This document shows, piece by piece, positions 48,771-62,995 of a stretch of 64,000 nucleotides of DNA. The position numbers were made by a program, and so were the translations under genes. A model generated the notes under the pieces. The model saw only the letters and a program-made list of their open reading frames with translations. It was not told where the DNA came from and ran no database searches. Position 1 is the first letter of the stretch; each line of letters begins with the position of its first letter. This DNA is from Octopus bimaculoides (Eukaryota), in contig NC_068983.1 of assembly GCF_001194135.2 (NCBI RefSeq), positions 20,423,491-20,487,490 of the forward strand, given 5' to 3'.

Positions 48771-49370
48771 TATAGGCACAAGGACTCAAATTTGGTTGTC
48801 AATTTCATCGACTTAAGTACGTGACTTGTACTTATTTTATTGATCCCAAAGGGACAAAAGCCAAAATCAACCTCAGGATATTTGAACTGAGGGCGTAAAG
48901 ATGGACGAAATGCTACTAAGAATTTTGTCCGTCGTGGTGACGATTCAACCAGCTCGCTGCCTTGATATATGGTTTTAGATTTTGGCTCAAAGCCAGCACT
49001 TTTGAGGGTTGGCGCAATTCGATTGCATTGATCCCAGTATTTGAGTGGGACCCCGAAAAAAAAACCAAAGGCAAAGTTGACCTCGGTGGTATTTGAACTC
49101 AGAGCGTAAAGCGTTGAAAGAAAGGCTATCGAGCATTTTCTCTAGCGTTCTAACGATTCTGCCGGCTCCCTGCCTAAATACATATTCTACCTAGGCCCAA
49201 GGCTTTATATTTTGGTAGAGGAAGTTAGTCGAATACATCGACCCCAGCGCTCATCTGGTACTTATTTCATCGACACCAAGTCGATACCGGCAGATTTGGA
49301 ACTCAGAACGGACGAAATGCCGCTACGCACTTTGTCTGGCATTCTACCGATTTTGTCAGCTCACTGCTTT
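48771..49370 (-). mobile_element. Head-to-tail train of three SINE family D copies (48771-48963, 48971-49175, 49181-49370)
   Basis: Three successive TTGAACT(G/C)AG...GACGAAATG...ACGATTC..CCAGCTC heads with very short spacers. Confidence 0.82.
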
Positions 49371-50480
49371 ATTATATATTAGAAATAATGTCATTGGTGT
49401 ATGCATGTATTCACAAGAGAAGGGCTTCTCGTGAATTAAATATCAATATTCTCTGTTCTAACTATGCTTCTTTATAAGACTGAAATAGCAGGAGCAGTAT
49501 TGGAAATATATTTGACCTCAATACATGCCTAGTACATGACTAAAGTTAACGAGTGAGAGCGGAGAGGTGGCATAATTAATATCACAAGACATTAAGACCA
49601 CTACTCAGCCGTTTGTGGAAGTCCAGCACTTTCACTATTCCAATATTTATTCCTTACTTTGCTAGTGACACTAATTTATAGGGAAGGAGTTCGGTCGATT
49701 GAATCGATACCGGTATATGACTTGAATTTATTTTATTGATCCCAGAGAGATAAAAGGCGAATTTTAGCCTGATGGGATTTAAAATCTGAAAGTAGAGTAA
49801 TTGATAGACATTAGTGAGTTACCGTTTCTGCTATTCAATTATATTGTATTATTCAAATAATCAATGATATCAGAAATATATTGTTCGAGCATCCTTCTGT
49901 CGACAGTCAACCAAGATTGGTATATTTCTGGGAAAAAGAGATGGAATAATCTAACTGGTAGAACATACAATATTCCATCTGACAGTGCATGACTTGTGTG
50001 CAGTAGGTATGAATTTCAATAGCAGCCTCCATGTGATAAATGCCATTAGATCCTAATATTTGGAATTATTCTGATCAGCAGGTAATGGATGAATATTGGC
50101 TGCGGGATTCCAACTCTTTACTATTCTTCTAGGTCAGAGGTATGACAAGAAGAACTAAGTCATCATTTAATTGTTTATCCAATCAATAAAGCTGTTCATT
50201 AATTTGTCACTCTAATACGGTCTATTGGTAAACAAGAGAGAGTTCTAGGTAAATATCTTTGACGTTTCGCTCCTCGCATATACTCTCTCCCACCTCTCTG
50301 TCTCTGTCGTCTATCTGTCTGTCTTTTTTTCTCCCATTTTCTCTTTCTTTTTCCTCTCTCTCTCGTCGTGAACATTTCTCTAAATTATCTGTACAAAATT
50401 TGAGATGCAAATAACAGTGGTATCTCTACACATACTTATACAAACTCAAACATGTACGTTTAGATGTTAATATAATATGC

Positions 50481-50524
<44 letters not shown>

Positions 50525-51371
50525 NNNNNNNNNNNNNNNNNNNNNNNNNNNNNNNNNNNNNNNNNNNNNNNNNNNNNNNNNNNNNNNNNNNNNNNNNNNN
50601 NNNNNNNNNNNNNNNNNNNNNNNNNNNNNNNNNNNNNNNNNNNNNNNNNNNNNNNNNNNNNNNNNNNNNNNNNNNNNNNNNNNNNNNNNNNNNNNNNNNN
50701 NNNNNNNNNNNNNNNNNNNNNNNNNNNNNNNNNNNNNNNNNNNNNNNNNNNNNNNNNNNNNNNNNNNNNNNNNNNNNNNNNNNNNNNNNNNNNNNNNNNN
50801 NNNNNNNNNNNNNNNNNNNNNNNNNNNNNNNNNNNNNNNNNNNNNNNNNNNNNNNNNNNNNNNNNNNNNNNNNNNNNNNNNNNNNNNNNNNNNNNNNNNN
50901 NNNNNNNNNNNNNNNNNNNNNNNNNNNNNNNNNNNNNNNNNNNNNNNNNNNNNNNNNNNNNNNNNNNNNNNNNNNNNNNNNNNNNNNNNNNNNNNNNNNN
51001 NNNNNNNNNNNNNNNNNNNNNNNNNNNNNNNNNNNNNNNNNNNNNNNNNNNNNNNNNNNNNNNNNNNNNNNNNNNNNNNNNNNNNNNNNNNNNNNNNNNN
51101 NNNNNNNNNNNNNNNNNNNNNNNNNNNNNNNNNNNNNNNNNNNNNNNNNNNNNNNNNNNNNNNNNNNNNNNNNNNNNNNNNNNNNNNNNNNNNNNNNNNN
51201 NNNNNNNNNNNNNNNNNNNNNNNNNNNNNNNNNNNNNNNNNNNNNNNNNNNNNNNNNNNNNNNNNNNNNNNNNNNNNNNNNNNNNNNNNNNNNNNNNNNN
51301 NNNNNNNNNNNNNNNNNNNNNNNNNNNNNNNNNNNNNNNNNNNNNNNNNNNNNNNNNNNNNNNNNNNNNNN

Positions 51372-51420
<49 letters not shown>

Positions 51421-51423
<3 letters not shown>

Positions 51424-51653
51424 GTGTATATGTGTGTGTATCTCTCTGTGTCCTCACACACCGCTTGGCAACCGGTATTGGTTTGTTTACGCCCTGCAAC
51501 CATGTGGCTCCGGAATAAGATATCGATAAAATAAGTACCAGACTTTAAGTAATGTACTGGTTTGGATTTGTTCCGACTAAACTTTTTCAAAGCGGTTCTA
51601 CAGCATGGCTGCAGTCCAATGACTGAAGCAAGTACAAAATAAATGATAAAAAG
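51421..51653 (+). mobile_element. SINE family B 3' half (head possibly in the gap)
   Basis: CACCGCTTGGCAACCGGTATTGG...GATAAAATAAGTACCAG...CAGCATGGCTGCAGTCCAATGACTGAAGCAAGTA. Confidence 0.85.
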
Positions 51654-52678
51654 AGGAGACATTTTTACTTATGGTATTAAACGTTGTGATGCTTGATAAG
51701 GTTTTAGCTGCTATACCCTGCAGGTCAAACGTTTGGCCGTAAGTGACTCTGCATGCAATTAAGAAACAGGATTACTTAGGAAGATTATGAAAATCACGAA
51801 ATCTACTTTCTTAAACACAGGATTCATTCTGAGTTGATTTTTATGCTATTTATTCAATTCACCTAAACTTTAGTATTCAAAATATCCTGTGCTATTAAAT
51901 TATCTGTTGAAATAAAATTCGCGACATACTAAGTGCTTTAGTATAATTCTCTCCGTTCTTTATTTTATCGCTTCATCCTTCCTATAACAGTAATAGACTA
52001 TCGCGAAATCTCTCACCTTTAATCTTTTCTGGTAAGACATTCCGATGTTTATATATTCAAAACAAGCCATGACGTAGCTTCTTCAGTTTGCTTAGGATCC
52101 AGAATTAATGTTTGGTCAATCAAGTTTACGATCACTATTTCGTTGCAAACATTTAAATTAAAATACATCCTTCGTCGAAGCATGATCGAAAGCAGGATCC
52201 TGCTTTTTCTTCATAGACTATGCAGTCATTGTATTTATGTAAGACAAATATATTTTATTAAATTTCCATAAAGTATATCAATTTGGGTTAAGTGAAAAGT
52301 CAACATCAATCATCGTTAACACTTTATATATATATATATATTATGCGATAGCTTGTAGATATAACAGGGCAGCAGACACAATGCTTTATCACATTAAATC
52401 ATGCCATCTAAATACTTCAATTAAATCTGCGAGTATTGATATAGAGGGAAAATGACAGCCTATAAAGCATTGGGAGTAATTTCTCATAGATCACAAAATC
52501 CCATAAAGTACAGACATTCAGCAATGTATTTGAGTATTACAATTTATTCTACGTCGCCTCAGTTCACTGGGCTATTAGAATTATCTGGAAAGATTATCTG
52601 TGATATTTCCGTGTCTCATCGGCTTCTGGAATGGAAATGGAGTTGAGATTTTAAATCTCTAGAGCTCTCTTAGTTCTA

Positions 52679-53056
52679 TGTTGTTGGTACTCCGTCGCTT
52701 ACGACGTCGAGGGTTCAAGTTCATCCTATCAACGGAACAGCCTGCTCGTGAATTTAACGTGCAAGTGGCTGAACACTCCACAGACAACGTGCACCCTTAA
52801 CGTAGTTCTCGAGGATATTCAGCGTAACACAGTGTGACAAGGCTGACCCTTTGAATTACAGGCACAATCGAAACAGTAAGTAAGAATGAGAGAAAGTTGT
52901 GGTGAAAGAGTATAGTAGGGTTCGCCACCACCCGCTGCCGGAGCCTCGTGGGGCTTTAGGTGTTTTCGCTCAATAAACACTCACAACGCCCAGTCTGGGA
53001 ACCGAAATCGCGATCCTACGACCGCGAGACCGCTGCCCTAACAACTGGGCCATTGT
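52679..53056 (-). mobile_element. SINE family A, near full length
   Basis: Reverse complement is colinear with 11630-12014 from CAATGGCCCAGT to GAGTACCAACAACA. Confidence 0.9.
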
Positions 53057-54112
53057 GATCTAAGGTAGAGACCTTAGATCTATACACCTCTTACTACTAA
53101 ATTCTTTACCGTTGTAGATCAGTTGTTCAGTTATGAGTTCAGATCTCACTCGGGTTGAATTGATTTAAAAAGATATATTTATTATAACGTTACCACTATT
53201 TTTAGTTAATCGAACCACTCTATGAAGTTATTATGAGTATTATTAAAATCGCCATCNNNNNNNNNNNNNNNNNNNNNNNNNNNNNNNNNNNNNNNNNNNN
53301 NNNNNNNNNNNNNNNNNNNNNNNNNNNNNNNNNNNNNNNNNNNNNNNNNNNNNNNNNNNNNNNNNNNNNNNNNNNNNNNNNNNNNNNNNNNNNNNNNNNN
53401 NNNNNNNNNNNNNNNNNNNNNNNNNNNNNNNNNNNNNNNNNNNNNNNNNNNNNNNNNNNNNNNNNNNNNNNNNNNNNNNNNNNNNNNNNNNNNNNNNNNN
53501 NNNNNNNNNNNNNNNNNNNNNNNNNNNNNNNNNNNNNNNNNNNNNNNNNNNNNNNNNNNNNNNNNNNNNNNNNNNNNNNNNNNNNNNNNNNNNNNNNNNN
53601 NNNNNNNNNNNNNNNNNNNNNNNNNNNNNNNNNNNNNNNNNNNNNNNNNNNNNNNNNNNNNNNNNNNNNNNNNNNNNNNNNNNNNNNNNNNNNNNNNNNN
53701 NNNNNNNNNNNNNNNNNNNNNNNNNNNNNNNNNNNNNNNNNNNNNNNNNNNNNNNNNNNNNNNNNNNNNNNNNNNNNNNNNNNNNNNNNNNNNNNNNNNN
53801 NNNNNNNNNNNNNNNNNNNNNNNNNNNNNNNNNNNNNNNNNNNNNNNNNNNNNNNNNNNNNNNNNNNNNNNNNNNNNNNNNNNNNNNNNNNNNNNNNNNN
53901 NNNNNNNNNNNNNNNNNNNNNNNNNNNNNNNNNNNNNNNNNNNNNNNNNNNNNNNNNNNNNNNNNNNNNNNNNNNNNNNNNNNNNNNNNNNNNNNNNNNN
54001 NNNNNNNNNNNNNNNNNNNNNNNNNNNNNNNNNNNNNNNNNNNNNNNNNNNNNNNNNNNNNNNNNNNNNNNNNNNNNNNNNNNNNNNNNNNNNNNNNNNN
54101 NNNNNNNNNNNN

Positions 54113-54146
<34 letters not shown>

Positions 54147-54644
54147 TACCCCCCTTTTACATACACACACATAAACTCACACAGAGTTGAAACGCTGTTT
54201 GATTTTTCTTTTCAGCGTTCAATGTTAACCATCCCATTTCCATTGCACGTGCACGCACACACACAGAAACACATACACACACATACACGCACACACTCAC
54301 ATTCACATAGCCCCCTTTTACATACACACATATATTCACACAGAGTTGAAAAGCTGATTTATTTTTTTCAGCGTACAATTTTCATCATCCCACTACCAAG
54401 TCTGACATCACCCAATCCTTCCTTATTCATCTATGACCCTTTCCTTTCTCATTCATAAACACAAGAGTATTACTATAGCAGATTATCTCGGTAACAATGG
54501 GAGCTATGAAAAAAATACAAGGCCCAGTAAAACCACCGGATCATTCTACATATCTGGGTAATTTTTCGCGCAGTTCCATCTAGCCATTTGACCATAAATC
54601 CCAACAAAAGAAAATGTACAGGAAAGAATCGCCCATTTCAAATT

Positions 54645-54677
<33 letters not shown>

Positions 54678-54694
54678 NNNNNNNNNNTCAAATT

Positions 54695-54762
<68 letters not shown>

Positions 54763-55125
54763 ATTTTTAAATATACCATATCCATGCGAGATGTTTTATC
54801 ACGACGAAATTCGCGGTAACGTGCCTTTCAGCAGTGCATCTACATTCAGTATGATACATATATTGCTAATTTAATTTCACATGACTTTATTTGCATATAT
54901 CGAACAATTATTATTAGTATTTATATCACGCATTGCTCTTTTTCTTTCTTTCTTTCTTTCTTTCTTTGTGAAGTATTTAATTTTTTAAATTTTAATTTAA
55001 TTACAGAAACGCAATTTTTGACCATTGGATACCTTGAAAAATTAGAAGTGTAAAAGTTCCTACCCTGCCATTATTGAAGATGGATTTTAGGTATGTCAGA
55101 TTGATTTTTCTTCATGTCAACATAA

Positions 55126-55531
55126 TTATAAGGTCAGTAGTTTTGAGGGGAGGTGGTTATTCGATGCCATCAACACCTGCACTTAAACAATACTATATTT
55201 CATCGATTCTTGAGGAATTAAAGTATTGTTAACCTCTGCAAGATTTAAATTCAAAATTTTCAGATCTGTGAGAAATGCTGCCATATACTCTCATGCTCTG
55301 ACGATTCTGCCAGTTCGCTATCATAAAAATGATAAAGTTTTAAAGTTTTGCATAAGTCTAGCAAATTTAGGGGAAGTGGGATAAGTCGATTGCCTCGCTT
55401 CCAGTGCTCAACCTTGAAAGTATAGGAGGCAACGTTAAACTTGGCGGGATTTGATCTTAGAGTATAAAGATCCGGGAGAGTTGCTGCTAAGCACTTTTTC
55501 TCCCCACGCTTTAACAATTCTGCCAGCTCAA
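55126..55531 (-). mobile_element. Two degraded tandem SINE family D copies
   Basis: ACGATTCTGCCAGTTCG at about 55302 and ACAATTCTGCCAGCTC at about 55515, each preceded by a degraded body. Confidence 0.6.
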
Positions 55532-55983
55532 TAATGGTAATAGTAATAATATAAATTTCTGTTTAATTAGCGTTGTGGACTGTACTAAGACGAAGTACAT
55601 ATGAAAACAACGAATGCATAGAAATGCACAGGATATTTATAAAACCAGTACATGTTTTATAAATAGTAAAAGTGTGAGATCAGTAATAAGGATACATTAA
55701 TAAATAGGTAGATAATAAATGGCAATAATAGTACAGGGCAAACGAGAACCAGAGCAAGATCGCCAATATGGGTTCTTAATCACGTAGCGTGAATCGGGGA
55801 ATTTCACACGCAAACCTGAATTTTTCTGATATACGAAAGACCATTATCTTCGAGTTCTAAACAGCAACCTACATACTCACTGATAATTTGGGCTAATTTA
55901 GCAACATCAGTGTTACGACTCTCATCAGCCCTTCTGTACGATATTACTTCATAATTCACTGCATTGTCGTTCTTCCCCTATCA

Positions 55984-56048
<65 letters not shown>

Positions 56049-57175
56049 TCCTTCCTTCCCGAATGATAGTTCAAGAAGTTGAGGGTTAGTCTAAAGAGAA
56101 AAAGCACTATCCTCAGATATTTCAACTACTTCTACCGCCATAGCCACCAAACAAAGATGATAAACGTAGGCGTTTCGATGCTCTGAACGATGCAGTTGAT
56201 TGACAGCCGAATCTATCGTGCACGTGATAATAGCTACAGTGGCATTAGAATGATAAAGAGTGATTACGATGATGAGACGAAAGAGGAGAAGGGAGGTTTC
56301 TATATTTTGAATGAAATTTAAATCGTTTTGACAACAATAATAGCAATTATATCATCGATCTGGCATGCGAATGATGCGCTCATAACATGAATGTACCGTT
56401 TACTGTTTTGATTATCGATGTGTTTTGGCTATTTATATTTTGAGTTCAACCCCGATGAAGTGAATTTTGCCTTTCGTTTCTCTTAGTTCGATGAAATGAA
56501 ATAGCAGTCACGTATTAAGTCCTTCTGATCGATTACCTTTCATTCAAATTACTGGATTTGTCCCTATATTAGAAAATAGTTGCAAACGAACCGTTTATTG
56601 TTTATTTAACACCTCTACCCTAGTAATAGTGTGTGGCTCAAAACGATATATTATCTCGCGGTATTTGATTACGTTCCACTAATGTTTTGAGTCCAAATCG
56701 CTGAACGGATGACATTATAATTCGTACAAACATCCAATGAGCACTAATGATATGCCAAAATCAATTCAAATGACTATCTCAGCGTGCAACAGTCGGTTAT
56801 ATACAACCGGTTGAGTGTCGGACAAAATTCCATGTGGCATGCACAGTTAGGTTGTTTGACGCGGAACGTCCCAATTTAGCCAATGCTATTTTATCGTTCT
56901 GAGGCCGCCATAAGTAAATTTCAGTTAAATACTAGAAATATAAATCAACTACAGTTGGATCCACCAACTCATGTTAGAAATCATTCAGAACCGTTAGACC
57001 GCTGAACAAAATGCCTTGCTGTATTTGTTCCGGTACTTTGCGAATGCGAATCCTGCTGAGACCAGCTTTGCCTTTCATCTTTGAAGCGACGATCAACTGT
57101 CGACAGGGCTCAACTTAATTAATTAACACTTCCTCACAGCTTCTGGCATGGTAATTACGTTTCAAATCATCACCG

Positions 57176-57210
<35 letters not shown>

Positions 57211-57754
57211 TATATGTGTATATATATACATACATANNNNNNNNNNATATATATATATATGTATATATATATATGAATGAATGCATATGTATACGTGTAT
57301 GATATATACATATGTTTGTCATGATATTGAATTCTGTATAATTTATATAAACATATACTGGTTCAAGCAACAAACTATAAAATTCGCGTGTGCTAATTAA
57401 ATCATTATTTCGTACCTTCATCTTTATACATCTTCAAAAACCATCATGATCGTTGTTCTATATAGATACATTCATAATTATATTTTCATTCTAACTATTC
57501 TGAAATGGCAATATAATTTTTCATATAAAACGTATTGAAATATTTTAAGAACATCGATAATTAATATAAGGGATACATTTATATTTCACTAACACAAACT
57601 AAACCAACAAAACTGTTTGAAAGTATTAATTCCGTGACTTAATTCCAACTCGAGCATATGTACATATGTATTTAACACATGTGATGATAAGTAGAAGCTT
57701 TAAAGTTAGGAACGTTTTGTTTTTACTAAAAGAATATAAATAAAAGTATCAATA

Positions 57755-58238
57755 TTGAGTCATCCCATGAATAATGCGTATTTTTCTATTGCACGAACTT
57801 AAAGTCAGAGAGGGACCTGCAACAACTTGCTATAAAAGCAGGTAGTAATTTAACCTTGTACTTATTCTTAGTGCAAGTTTTGAAGAGCGCAGTTCGATTT
57901 TAACAGCTATTTTTGCAAAGCTAGAGTGACAAAGTAGCGTATTCAGCATATTTTGCTTTATGAGTTCACCTGATTATCATTTATTCTGTGGTCTTCAAAA
58001 TCATTTGGACGGAAAAAATATTAATTCTGTAGACAAGTTGGAACAGTACTACAGGAATAGTTTTCGTCAGGGACAAATCAATTTTAGAAGAGAGGCCTTG
58101 CAAGTTTACCAGAGATGGAAGAGCATTGTAGAAAATGAAGGAGAGTATATTTTAAATTAAAAGAAGGACTTTGTTTAGCTTAATTTTGAAAAATAAAAGA
58201 AGTACAGAAAATCTGCATTTTTATCGGATGACCCAAAA
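57755..58238 (+). mobile_element. Internally deleted mariner element (484 bp)
   Basis: TA|TTGAGTCATCCCATGAATAATGC and GCATTTTTATCGGATGACCCAAAA|TA are imperfect TIRs. The N-terminal ..RIQHILLYEF is fused out of frame to the C-terminal PDYHLFCGLQNHLDGK...QRWKSIVENEGEYIL (ORF 57960-58160), both typical mariner transposase segments. Confidence 0.9.
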
Positions 58239-58579
58239 TATGAGAATCACATTCTGTTAAGTTTTTGCATTAGAGTTAGTAGTTCTTAATTTTAATTCTG
58301 TTAATTGCATAATTGTATTTTGTTAAATCAAAAATAATTCTCGAATCACCTTTTCATTAACCTTAAAGTTGTCAGGTTTAGTGGATCGATTAAACGCACT
58401 GTAAATATTCTGTTTGTTTTCCATTTCCTGAACTGCGATAATTCTTGACTGTTTACTTAACTAATACTTAAAGAATATGCTAATATTGTTTACACTGAAG
58501 AACTATAATGAAATGTTAGCGATAATAATTAGGCGGTTCCAAAGCATTTAGTTATTTATTCAGTGAATGAACTGATTCC

Positions 58580-58850
58580 TGAAGGCGTGTGATTTATAAA
58601 TAACGGTGTTGGGCTAGCAATCATTAAATTTTGCGTTCGATTCCTGAACATGGTGGTCGATTGTGTCTTTGAGTAAGGCTCTTCGTTTCACATTGTTCTA
58701 GTCAACTTCGTGGATAACGGGTACCAACGGCAACTGGTGTGCGAACCTTAGACATACTAGTGTCTCGTTGAGGACCAAGCATTCAGTCCCAGTCACGTAC
58801 CCTCTACGGAAATCGAGATAAGCTTCGGTTTCGCTCAGCCTGCAGGCCCG
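58580..58850 (+). mobile_element. Degraded SINE family C
   Basis: GCGTTCGATTCC B-box, TTGTGTCTTTGAGTAAGGCTCTTCGTTTCACATTG core. Confidence 0.55.
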
Positions 58851-60849
58851 AGACACACTTCACACACACACATATATATGCGTGTGTGCGCGTGCGCGTA
58901 CGTGTGTGCGCGTGCGCGTGTGTGCGTGTGCGCGCGTGTCAATGCGTGTGTGCATGTATGTGTGTGCATGTTTGTGTGCATGCATGTGTGTGCATGCGTA
59001 CGTGTGTGTATGTGTGTGTATGTGTGTGCATGTATGTGTGTGCGTGTTTGTGTGCTTGCTTGTGTGTATGTATGTGTACTTTTGAGCGTGCATCATTGAT
59101 GAGATTAAGGAAGGTCGAAATCACGTGATCTGGTTGTGTTGGCGCTGATACTACCTCTGTCACTAATACATATTTCTGAAATGTTAATTTCGCGAAGAGG
59201 TGAGACTGTCTAATGGACTTTGTTGTTATAAGGTCTACTTTACCACTTCATGTATCTAGTTGGATGTCACTGTACAGCATTTTTTGGCAAATGCCTTTTA
59301 ACATAGGCTTCCGTCTATAAAACCCATGTTAGGTACATTCGTTAGAAAGACCGCCAAAGATACCACTTTGGTTATCTGGGATATTCAATTAATACCTGAC
59401 TTGGTTTAACACTAACACCATTAAACTTATCGCTGCCCTTATCCGATTTTACTACGCTGCAAGCATTTAGGCCAAGTCTCTCGTCTCGTTTTTCCTAGCT
59501 CAAGTGCTAGAGTCTCTGGAAAATCACAGGCTTTTCGCTTGCCTTCATTGACAATCACAATGAAACAAATTGTTTTACACCACTTCATTTCGTTTCTTAT
59601 ATATTAAAAAACAACAACAGAAAACGAACACTTTCCATTCTTTTCTTACACAAATATTTAATATTTTTCACTTATCAAAAAGAAATGAATATGATTTGTT
59701 ATTAAAACAGCTACAAAGAATCTAGAACAACGAACTGAATTTCATTCCGAGTGCAAATTTTACAGGGCTGCACTTTGTCGCTATTATCTCAGGTGTAACA
59801 GATTGCAGCAGATGAAAAAAAATAAATTGTATTGTTCCAAATAAAATAAAGGCAATATTTGATAGTTGTTGTTGGTTAGCTCTAGACAAACTGTAGCTGA
59901 GCAGACATACAGATGACAGCCTTTTAAGAACTGGCTAGCCTTATCATTTATAGGATAGGGTATCGAGAATCGTAATCTACGTGGCTTTTTTTTTTTTTTT
60001 TTTTGTCTTAAACAATATAGGGCAATTTAAGTAAGATGTAGTTGCTATTTCCAGAAATACGCGGAAACCCGTGGAAGCACAATTGTTGGCTCAGAATGTG
60101 ATATTACTGTTTGGTTGGTAGGCTGGTATTGATTCTCTGTAGAGGTTAATTAGATTCAGTTATATAGCTGCTCTCTTGCATCACTAATGCCATAAAGAAA
60201 ATTTATGAATATCCTACTAAGCTCATTTTCCTCGTCTATAAATTTTGTCTTTGTGCTTATGTAACAAAGAAATATTCTGACAATAGAGAATGTTCTAGGA
60301 TTGATTTATCCTTTTATTGAACGACTATGTGAACGGGTTCTATTTCCTGTTACATCATCAGTGCACAAGAAAAAAGGGATGAACGTCACAGCTTCTCTCA
60401 TACTCATTTCCTCAACCTTGAAATCTTTGAATGCATGCTTTTGTGTTAAACAATCACTCACTTATGGTTTAGACATTAGCGAAATTATTAGTCTTTATAT
60501 ATTTTTGCTGGAATTTTGGAATTGCTTATTGCTCGCAACTTTACATGAAAGCACCACAGGTAGTCTGTTCATACAACATCTGAAAAACATTTAAATTCAA
60601 ACCAGACTTGGAAGCAATCATCATTATAACAGTGGGAAAGCATGTAATCAATCACTGTGCATTTTCTGATTATACACCAGTGAAAATTTTTCTTTTTTTT
60701 TGTTGCTTCTGTTAGATATAAATATGAAATATAGACACGTATTGTAATATAAAAATACCGTCAGACAAGTCAGCGGCAAATAACAACATACGTAACACAT
60801 TCACATAAATTCAGAAATAACATAATAGCATATATGCATACACACTTAC

Positions 60850-60886
<37 letters not shown>

Positions 60887-60955
60887 TGTACACATGCTTG
60901 ATTGTCAGTATTATTGCGAATATCTGTATGCCTTTCTGTACGTGTGTATAATTTA

Positions 60956-61100
60956 AAGACGTAGCCATGACTGCATGGTTATAAAGTTTGCTTGGATCTA
61001 CGTGATTTCAGCTACTAGTTCAATCCCACTGTGCGGCATCTGAGAAATTTGGTAAGCGTTTTCTGTTATAGACTTGAGAGTGGATTTGGTTGAGAAATAT
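60956..61100 (+). mobile_element. Degraded SINE family B head
   Basis: CATGACTGCATGGTTA...GTTCAATCCCACTGTGCGGCA...GAGTGGATTTGGT. Confidence 0.55.
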
Positions 61101-61119
61101 ACATATGTTGAACCATTAA

Positions 61120-61281
61120 TCCCAACACATTTTTTTTCTTTCCCTCTTTCTCGTCCTCTCACCATTTTTTCCCCGCTTTCAATGCTTTCTGTGGAAGAGT
61201 GTAGGCTTGAAACGTCAAAGACTTTTCCATTCTTCCAGAGCGCCAAACTAATACACCCGCTCTTCGTTTTCTATACATTTG

Positions 61282-61285
<4 letters not shown>
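61120..61285 (+). mobile_element. Hammerhead-bearing repeat, copy 2 (same family as 75-255)
   Basis: About 80 bp homologous to 123-205; abuts a (TA)n tract. Boundaries approximate. Confidence 0.55.
61185..61220 (+). ncRNA. Minimal type-I hammerhead-like motif, variant core CUGUGGA, GUC cleavage triplet
   Basis: CTTT-CTGTGGA-A-GAGT-gtag-GCTT-GAAA-CGTC-AAAG; stem II keeps pairing through G-U wobbles. Confidence 0.55.
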
Positions 61286-61320
<35 letters not shown>

Positions 61321-61521
61321 CACACACACACACACACAACGTGACCTGCTGATCACCAGCATCGGTCAAATCGGGTATCATCAGCTGATATACATAAATT
61401 CATATTTGTATATGTGAATCTGTCTGTCTGTCTGTCTATCTATTAATCTATCAATACACACACAGACACACGTGTGTGTTGTGTATTTACATGTATATAT
61501 ATGTGTATGTATGTATGCATG

Positions 61522-61566
<45 letters not shown>

Positions 61567-62091
61567 GCATGCCATATATTGTTGCTTCCTTGAGAGAATG
61601 TATGCATGTGAATGTGTGTCTGTGTGGGTGTGTGGTAATTCTTTTTTTGTTTCTGTTAAAATGAATTTCTTTAATATGACTCTAGGTTAAAACACGTGTA
61701 GAACATTTCCTGTCTGCGACGCTGGTACGTTGTTACTACGGGTCACATAAGAGACTGCAAAGATATGCTTCGTTACGTTTGTTCTATCTATTACTGGCAG
61801 GAATGCTTCGTACACATTTCTTCCATATTTACAAAGAATGAAATTCTATTCAAGCGTTGGGGGTGTAAATCACACAAGGCTCCTCTCTTTACACGTGTAA
61901 ACTCTCTTCTCATCACTCCCGTCTTTATCTCTAACAGGTTCTGTTCGACTTGTCACATCTTTTTGTAGTTATAGTACGCATTAATTTAGTTTTAACCTGT
62001 TCTATGTACATGTCCATGTATCATTTCGTTAGAAATTTAGCTCTATGGAAAATATGATAACTGAGCGACTAATACTAGCTATTTTCGTCTG

Positions 62092-62180
62092 CGGTGTGAA
62101 GGCATAAACTCATGTGTTCGAATCATGTGCGGAATGGCAAGGCTTGTCCTTGAGCAAGACACTTCATATCACTTTCACGA
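62092..62180 (+). mobile_element. SINE family C fragment
   Basis: GTGTTCGAATC B-box and TTGTCCTTGAGCAAGACACTTCATATCAC core. Confidence 0.6.
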
Positions 62181-62190
62181 TCCTATCATA

Positions 62191-62668
<478 letters not shown>

Positions 62669-62995
62669 CACTTCCCCTGTTTGCTATTTCTAACCCCAAA
62701 ACACGTTAATGCAATATCGTACAGACAAATAGAACTCATTAACATTATACGCTATTGCCTTTCGTGCAATATACGAGTAATATATATCTGGAATACTCAA
62801 AATGTTTGTTTTTCTAGCTTGTCCTTTTAAAATAGTGAGAAGAATGTTATTTTTACCATTGGAATTAGTATTGATATTATCGTTTTTCATTCAGTTTCAT
62901 GTAGCCTGTTTCACTATGAAGTACATGTTCATGTTTCATGTTCTTGTAGTTTGTGCTGCATTCTGTTTCGTTGTTGCTGTTGTTGTTGTTGCTCT

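Noticed and set aside
54638-54758. Apparent duplication of TCAAATTTATG(TG)n
   Set aside because: The two copies flank a 10-N gap; most likely unmerged overlapping contig ends.
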